Assembly: GCF_004010195.1 (NCBI RefSeq)
Contig: NC_057720.1
Span: 12,757,508-12,815,491, forward strand
Origin: Chiloscyllium plagiosum
Lineage: Eukaryota
Reading direction: 5' to 3'
Length of the DNA: 57,984 bases
In this document: in pieces, positions 50,649 through 57,984 of the stretch
Layout: each line of letters begins with the position of its first letter
Position numbering within the stretch: position 1 is the stretch's first letter
Notes under the pieces: generated by a model
Told to the model about the DNA's origin: nothing
Seen by the model: the letters and a program-made list of their open reading frames with translations, nothing else
Databases searched by the model: none
Translations under genes and position numbers: made by a program

Positions 50649-50844
50649 GAGCAAGCAAGAACTGCTGAAATTCATCATGGAGTATCAACCATATGTGAGC
50701 TCTGTCTCAAAGGCACGGGTTTTACTAATTGGACCAGTTGGAGGAGGCAAGTCTAGTTTCGTCAACTCTGTCAATTCGGTTTTCCGTGGTCATGTCACCA
50801 ATCGGACTCTGGTTGGGAGTGGACCGAGAAGTACGACCACAATG
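50649..50844 (+). CDS. IFI44: IFI44-family coding exon 3 (P-loop)
   Basis: ctaacag| acceptor, phase 2 to 0; RVLLIGPVGGGKSSFVNSVNSVFRGHVT; donor ATG|gtaaat. Confidence 0.92.
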
Positions 50845-51379
50845 GTAAATATAGAAGTGCAGATACGGCTTTATATTTTTCTTGCCAATGTATTTCGCAT
50901 CCTCTGTACTTGATTCTTGCATTGCTCTCTAGTCTCTTACACCCTTTGAAATGCTATTAATCCCGTATCAACATTGATAGAAAGTATCAATCCAGCAATG
51001 TCTGCACGCACTATTCATTGATAATCCAGGTGATTTGCCTCCCCATGGGTAGGTTTGTGATCACAGCATCTCTATTGTACAGGCTGGTGAATAAACATGG
51101 CTGTCTGTTTTTGGTCTGAATGGATCTTGCTCAAGAGTTCAATTCCTTGAACCACTGAGTGAATTTAGAGCATTGTAGAGTCATTGTAGCCAACATTACT
51201 AAATGGTAATTTCTCATAAATGCCCATCTAATTAATTTCCTTTCGAAGCCAATGGCTGCCTCTACTATTTCCAGCCTCACGGGCCGCACAATTCAGGCTA
51301 ATTGCTGTGTAAAAAGGTTTTAGTCACATCTCCTCTTCCCCCCACAATGTAATGTCCAAAACCTGTCATGGACCACTCT

Positions 51380-52385
51380 GGTAGATGTGACGGTGAAGAT
51401 GCCACAACAATGGCTCTTCTTCCTAGGGCCCAGGAAATTCAGCATGTCCATAAGGACCGTCACCAACTTTTACAAATGCACCACAAATAGCATTTTATCC
51501 AGGTCTTATAGCCTGGTATGGCAACTGCTCTGCCCAGGACCATAAGAAACTACAGAAGTTTGTGTGCACAGCCCAGAACATCACAGAAGCCAACCTCCCA
51601 TCAATGGACTCTATTTACCCATCTTGTTGCCGCAGGTCAGAGACGAGGGATACTGCGGTGAATAACTTACCTCCTGACATCCCAAAGTTTATCCACCATC
51701 TACAAGGCACAAGTCAGGTGTGTGATGGAATACTCCCCACTTGCCCGGATGGATGCAGCTCCAACAACGCTCAAGAAGATCAACACCATCCAAGACAACC
51801 CACTTGATTGGCACCATATATCCAAACATTCAACCCGCCCACCAACGATGCTCAGTCGCAGCAGTGTATACTATCTATAAGATGCACTCCAGAAATTCAC
51901 CAAAGACAGCACCTTCCAAACCCATGACCACTTCCATCTAGAAGGGCAAGGGGGGCAGGTACTTGGGAACACCACCACCTGCAAGTTCTCCTCCAAGCCA
52001 CTTACCATTGTGACTTGGAAATATACTGCCATTCTTTCACAATCATTGGGTCAAATCCTGGAATCTCCTCCCTACTAGCATTGTGGGCCAACCCACAGTA
52101 AGTGGACTGCAGTGGTTCAAGAAGGCAGCTCACTACCACCTTCTCAAGGGCAACTAGGGATGGGCTATCAATGTTGGCCAGCCAGCTTCGCCCATGTCCC
52201 ACAAATGATTAAAAAAAGAAAGGCTGCCAACATCATCAAAGACCAACCTGTATGCCTTATTCTGTCCCAAGTTCTTTTCATTCAATAATCTGTATGTCCT
52301 TGCTTACTATGATCTGCCTGTATTGCTTGCAAACAAGGCTTTTCACTGTGCTTAGGTACACATGACAATAAATCAAATCAAATCA
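51380..52385 (+). mobile_element. Rex1/Babar-like 3' end interrupted by another LINE/SINE 3' fragment (about 51630-52215)
   Basis: Homologous to 36227-36842 on both sides of the insert; (aaatc)n tail. Confidence 0.7.
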
Positions 52386-53280
52386 CCATCTTAAATCTCT
52401 TTCCCTTCTTCCTCACACAATCAATTAATGGAACAATTGGTATTTATCTGACTGATCTAAAACTGTCTTAAATATTGTCCACCTTGATCAAATCTCCCCT
52501 CAGCCTCCTTCACTCGAAGCAGTGCAACCCCAGCTTTTTCAGCCAAAACCTCACAGCTAAATTTTGGAACAAAGCTGATAAATCTCTGCACCTTCTCAAA
52601 GACCTTGAAATCGTTCTGAAAACGTGGTGACCCAGAAATGTAACCCACTCAGAGTTTTGCAAACGTAGTTTAGAATGTTTTGCCTTGAGAAATACTGAAA
52701 ATGATGTGCAGTTTCAAAAGTGCTTTGCAGCAATTGAGATGATCCAGTGGTTTCATACTCCATCTCAATTCCGAATGGTTTCTGTCTTCTGAATGCACTG
52801 CCTTGCTCGTCTTGCTCTGACCCTCTATCAAATTAACCTCTCTGTATCCAATATCCACACTGTGATGTGGAGGTGCTGGTGTCAGACTGGGGTGGACAAG
52901 GTCAGAAGTCACATGACATCAGGTTATAGTCCAATAGGTTTACTTGAAATCTCAAGCTTTTGGAGCACCGCTCCTTTGTCAGGTGAAGTCAGGTCCCTGG
53001 CACAGTGAGGCAGCTGTGCTGCCCTACTCTGCCACTGTGCTGCCCTAGCATTGTCAGATTATTTTTCTCCCTGAATCAGCTGTAGCAATGGTCATCTGAC
53101 AATTCCACTATCGCTCTATCAGGCGATGGTCATGATGCTAGAAGGAACCTAGAAATATCTTGTCACTTTTTGTCCAAGTAATTCCCACATTCTGTGATGG
53201 CAGATCCTTCAGGGCTATTTTTGTTAGTTTACCTTGCAAGTGATTTCACTTTGAGCTTTGGTATTTTTGTTTAATTGCAG

Positions 53281-53421
53281 TATTCGACATACTCCTTCAG
53301 AAATGACACTCCTCCTCTGACCCTTTGTGATACAATGGGACTTGCAGAAGATACTGTGTCAGGGCTGCACAGTGATGATATTATCAGTATCATCAAAGGA
53401 CATATTCCGAACAAGTATAAG
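53281..53421 (+). CDS. IFI44: IFI44-family coding exon 4
   Basis: ttgcag|TAT ... AAG|gtaacc, 141 nt, phase 0 to 0; LCDTMGL (DxxG) ... DIISIIKGH. Confidence 0.92.
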
Positions 53422-53869
53422 GTAACCTGGTTTTCTTTTTTCTTTTTATTTCGTTCCCCCCCTTCATTATTTGTGGCTAAATGTGTAAGCAATCTGATCT
53501 AAAATGGTTAGACGGCTGCTTTTGTGATGTCGAGTGATGCTATTCCTTTAACAATACTTGCCGAATCTTTATAATTAATTTGATTTGCTCATCGGCTTAT
53601 TGCCTGTTACTGCCAAGAGGTAGGGAAAGCACATGTGTCTCCATCAGGAGACAGTTCCAGAATCTGCCTGATTCTCCACCCTAAGGATTTGTGTCATTGT
53701 CAACAATTCAGCTCAAAGTCTAACTCTTTCAGAACGATTGTAACTTTGCACCATAATCAGCATGATCTCGAGGTCAGCTCGGATGGATTCTAAATCCCAG
53801 CCTCACCAATGATGCCTAAAGGAATAAAAATGTAAATATCATTTTAAAGTCAGGTTCTTTTCCTTGTAG

Positions 53870-54032
53870 TTTGCAGTTGATTCCCCATTCAAAGCTGGTG
53901 ACATATCGCCAAGTGCTATTAATGAGAAGATACATTGTGTTGCATATGTGATTGATGTGAGTAAAACCCCTATGCTGTCCACTGAAATGAAAACGAAAAT
54001 CTGTGCCATTCGATCAAAGATTGATGAATTGG
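53870..54032 (+). CDS. IFI44: IFI44-family coding exon 5 (not in the supplied ORF track)
   Basis: tccttgtag|TTT ... G|gtgagt, 163 nt, phase 0 to 1; FAVDSPF...EKIHCVAYVID...KICAIRSKIDEL. Confidence 0.9.
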
Positions 54033-54769
54033 GTGAGTGTTGCATTCTGTACTGAGTATCACTGAAATAAAAGCCACTTTGTCTTGAACTCATCAGGGCA
54101 GTTCACAAGAATACCAACGGGGGAAACAAGCATTTACACTCTGTCAGATGCTATGCTGATTGGTTGGCAAGTGGACTTTGGTGGAGGTATTCCCATGGAG
54201 AATGCAGCAATTAATGATGATAAATTTGTTAACTGCCAGAGCGGGTTAACTTTAATCAGTGCTCTCTGATGATCTAAAGCAAGGTTCTGTATTTATCGAA
54301 CCATTGAAACTATTAGCTATAGTCAACCATTCAGCTCTTTGAGTCTGCCCTGCCATTCAATATGGGGTTGGCTGATCCTCTGTCTCAACACCACTTTCCT
54401 GCTTTCTCCACATACCTTTTCATGCTTTTAATATTTAACAATTTATCAGTTTCCTGAGGGTATTCAATGTTTTGACCTCCTCAGTCTTCTGTGGTGGAGA
54501 ATTCCACAGCTTCATCATCTTTTGAATGAAGACGTGTTTCCTCCTCACAGTTCCAAATGGCCAACCCTGCATCTGAGATTGTGGCCTCTGGTTCCAGACT
54601 CCCCATTCAGGGAAATCATCCTCCCTGCGTCTAGTTTGTTAGGAATTTTGCATGTCTCAATTCGATACTTTCTCATCCTCCTGAAACTCGAGTGAAGACA
54701 GACCCAGTTAAACCAATCTCCGATACAACAGTTCTGAGGAGGGGTCGCTAAGCTTGAAGGTAGAAGGCA

Positions 54770-55635
54770 GTTTTTCAGGTTTTCAGATGGGGGGTTGTTT
54801 TTCAGACTGGAGGCCTGTGATCTGTGGTGTGTCACAACCATCAGTACTGAGCCCACTACTTTTTGTCATTTACATAAATGATTCGGATACGAATATAGAA
54901 GGTGTAGTTAGTAAGTTTGCTGATGACACCAAAGTTGGAGGTGTAGTGGACAGCGAAGAGGGTTACCTCAGATTACAACAGGATCTTGATCAGATGCGCT
55001 GATGAGCTGAGGAGTGGCAGATGGAGTTTAATTCAGATAAATGCGAGGTGTGGCATTTTGGAAAAGCAAATCTTAGCAGGACTTCTTAGTGCAAATTTTA
55101 GCACTTATTGGTAAGGTCCTTGGGAGTATTGCTGAACAAATAGATCTTGGAGTGCACGTTTATTGTTCCTTGAAAGTAGAGCCGCAGGTAGGTAGGATAG
55201 TGAAGGAGGCATATCTTTCCCTTATTGGTCAGAGCATTGGGTATAAGAGTTGGGAGGTCATGTTGCGGCTGTACAGGATGTTGGTTAGGCCACTTATGGA
55301 ATACTGCGCGCAATTCTGGTCTCCTTCCTATCGGAAGGGTGTTGTGAAACTTGAAAGGGTTCAGAAAAGATTTACAAGGATGATGCCAGGGTTGGAGGAT
55401 TTGAGCTATAGGGAGAGGCTGAACTGGCTGGGGCTATTTTCCCTGGAATGTCGGAGGCTGAGGGTAGAATTTATAGAAGTTTACAAAATCATGAGGGGCA
55501 TGGATCGGAAGGGTTTGGAGGGATATGGGCCGGGTGCTGGCAGATGGGACTGTATTGGGTTGGGATATCTGGTTGTGATGGACGATTTGGACTGAAGGGT
55601 CTGTTTCCATGCTGAAAATCTCGATGAATCTAAGT
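54770..55635 (+). mobile_element. CR1 RT/3' fragment
   Basis: LFVIYIND...SKFADDTK; LVRPLMEYCAQFWSP. Confidence 0.9.
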
Positions 55636-55853
55636 GAAGTTGCTTTCATCATGTAGGTGTTTTGATGGTCAATCATGAGCAAAATGACCAAATGGTCTGT
55701 TTTTTTAATGACATGAGTTACCCTTCTTCAGATATCACAGCTTTACCTTTTGAAGGAGAATAAATTGCCAATGTACTGCTCTCATTACCCTCATATTGTG
55801 ACCCATCGTAGAAGTTAATTTCCTAATAAATGAATTATTCATTCCATTTCTAG

Positions 55854-55954
55854 AGGTTCCACAGATTGTCCTACTAACAAAAGTGGATGAAGAATGCCCT
55901 ATGGTTGGAAATGATGTGAAAACTGTCTACTGGAGTGATCCCATTGAAAAAAAG
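55854..55954 (+). CDS. IFI44: IFI44-family coding exon 6 (gene continues beyond the window)
   Basis: tttctag|AG ... AAG|gtataa, 101 nt, phase 1 to 0; VPQIVLLTKVDEECPMV...VYWS. Confidence 0.9.
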
Positions 55955-56746
55955 GTATAATTTTTACTGTACACTCAGCTGTGATAGTGTCATCATTTAC
56001 AAGGTGAACTTACCAGTGTTCAAGCTATGAATTTCTGGCTTTCTTTATGAAGTGGTCTGGAATTTGTGGGGGTCTGGAATACACTGCCTGGGAATATAGT
56101 GGATGTGGGGACCCTCACAAACCCTCACAAACCTGAAGAAATACTTGGATGAGCACTTGAAATGTCATGACATTCAAAGCTATGGACCCAGTGCGGGACA
56201 GTGTACTTTATTTTAGTGAGGTGTAGTGGTAGTACAGACTTGATGGGTGAAGAGCCTCTTCTGTACCTGTATGATTCTATATGGTGTCATTGCCTTTCTG
56301 GTATAAAAGGAGGCCATTGAACCAATCATGTTGGACCTCTGCAGTGAAATCTGGTCTGATTGTTTCTGCTCTGTCCCTGTGTTCCTGTAAGTTTATCTTC
56401 CTTAAATGCCTGTTCTTATCCAGGGCAGAGTCAGAGGAATCAGACCCAGTCCTGGTCCTGGTTTCCTCACACAGTCCAAAGATGTGCAGGTTAGGTGAAT
56501 TGGCCATGCTAAATTGCCCAGGGTGAAACAGGGCTGTGCAGACTGGGTGGCTTAGCCATGGGAAATGAATGGGATACAGGGATAGAAAGGAGAGTGGATC
56601 TTGGTGGGATGCGCTTCAGAGGGTCGGTGTGGATTTGACAGGCCAAATAGCCTGCTTTCACATTGTAGGGGTTCTATGAGTCTATAATTTTATGGACAGC
56701 CATCAAGTACTGGAGAGCATAACTGTGCGTAAGGTAGATCAGAGGA

Positions 56747-57984
56747 ATGAGACATAAAGTGGAGCCTGACACTGTGGCAAAGAAGGGAAGGGGGCAGAAT
56801 AGAAAAGTACTCGTGGTAGGGGACTCGATAGTTAGGGGAATCGACAGGAGATTTTGTGGTCAGGATCAGGATTCTCAGAAGGTATGTTGCCTCCCTGGTG
56901 CCAGGGTCCGGGACGTCTCCGATCGGGTGTATGAGGTTCTAAAAGGGGAGAGCGAACAGCCAGAAATCATGTTATATATTGGCACTAATGATATAGCCAG
57001 GAAAAGGATTGAAGATATAAAAAGTGATTTCAGGGAGTTAGGATGGAAGCTGCAAAGCAGGACGAACAGAGTAGTGTTCTCTAGTTTACTACCGGTGCCA
57101 CGAGATAGCGAGGCCAGGAACAGGGAACGGGTGCAGCTTAATATGTGGCTGCGCAGCTGGTGTAGGAGGGAGGGCTTCAGATATGTAGATAATTGAGATG
57201 CCTTCCGGGGAAGGTGGGACCTGTACAAGAAGGGCGGGTTGCATCTTAACTGGAAGGGGACCAATGTCCTGGGTGGAAGGTTTGCTCGAGTAGTTCGAGA
57301 GGGTGTAAACTAGTACGGCAGGGGGGTGGGAACCTGAGCTGTATACCGGAGGTGAGAGATGATGCAGATGAGGCAATAGCAAGAGGTAGACCAGCTAGTG
57401 GGAAGGATTTTCCTGGGAAGGAACCAAGTGATCAGTTAAAGAGTGTTTGCTTTAACGCAAGGAGTATCAGGAATAAAAGTGACGAACTTAGAACATGGAT
57501 CAGTACCTGGTGCTATGATGTTGTGGCCATAACAGAGACATGGGTTTTTCAGGGGTAGGAATGGTTGCTGGATGTTCCAGGGTTTAGAGCATTTAAAAAG
57601 AATCGGGAGGGGGGAAAAAGAGGGTGTAGCACTACTAATCAGAGAGGGTATCACAGCTACAGAAGCTTCCATTGTCGAGGAAGGTCTGCCTACCGAGTCA
57701 GTATGGGTGGAAATTAGGAACAGCAAGGGAGCAGTCACCTTGTTAGGGGTTTACTACAGGCCCTCCAATAGCAGCAGGAAGATGGAAGAAAACATAGCTC
57801 GGCAGATTTTGGAAAAATGTGGACGTAGTAGGGTTGTTGTAATAGGTGACTATAACTTTCCCAATATTGATTGGAACCTCCTTCGAGCAGAAGATTTGAA
57901 TGGAGCTGTTTTTGTAAGGTGTGTTCAGGAGGGTTTCCTAACTCAGAACGTTGACAGGCTGACGAGGGGAGAGGCCATTCTAGA
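56747..57984 (+). mobile_element. CR1 LINE: ORF1 SGNH esterase domain and start of the ORF2 APE endonuclease
   Basis: VLVVGDSIVRG...CLPGARV...IGTND; then CFNARSIRNK...DVVAITETW; stops and frameshift present. Confidence 0.9.

Overview
Vertebrate genomic DNA. The repeat content (V-SINE/HE1-like tRNA SINEs, DeuSINE-like pieces, many CR1 3' ends, Penelope-derived elements) points to a cartilaginous fish, probably a shark. Two + strand host genes are supported. (1) The last coding exon of a prostaglandin F2-alpha receptor (PTGFR, 13969-14262). It is preceded by a 322-bp tandem duplication that copies its splice acceptor and makes a potential alternative last exon with a CR1-derived tail. (2) An IFI44/IFI44L-family interferon-stimulated gene with six phase-consistent coding exons (39813-55954, 375 codons; TLDc domain plus P-loop GTPase motifs; 3' end outside the window). 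It has a likely non-coding exon 1 and two inverted consensus ISREs at 33232-33276. The PTGFR then IFI44-family order matches human synteny. Most of the remaining sequence is transposon-derived: CR1, L2, Rex1/Babar, a decayed two-LTR Gypsy element, a Harbinger remnant, MITEs, and a VNTR-containing composite retroposon. At least three families of Penelope-type ends carry minimal hammerhead ribozyme cores, many as palindromic insertions with 13-16 bp TSDs. A 500-N gap lies at 23559-24058. Repeat family names come from pattern recognition, not database searches, and repeat boundaries are approximate.
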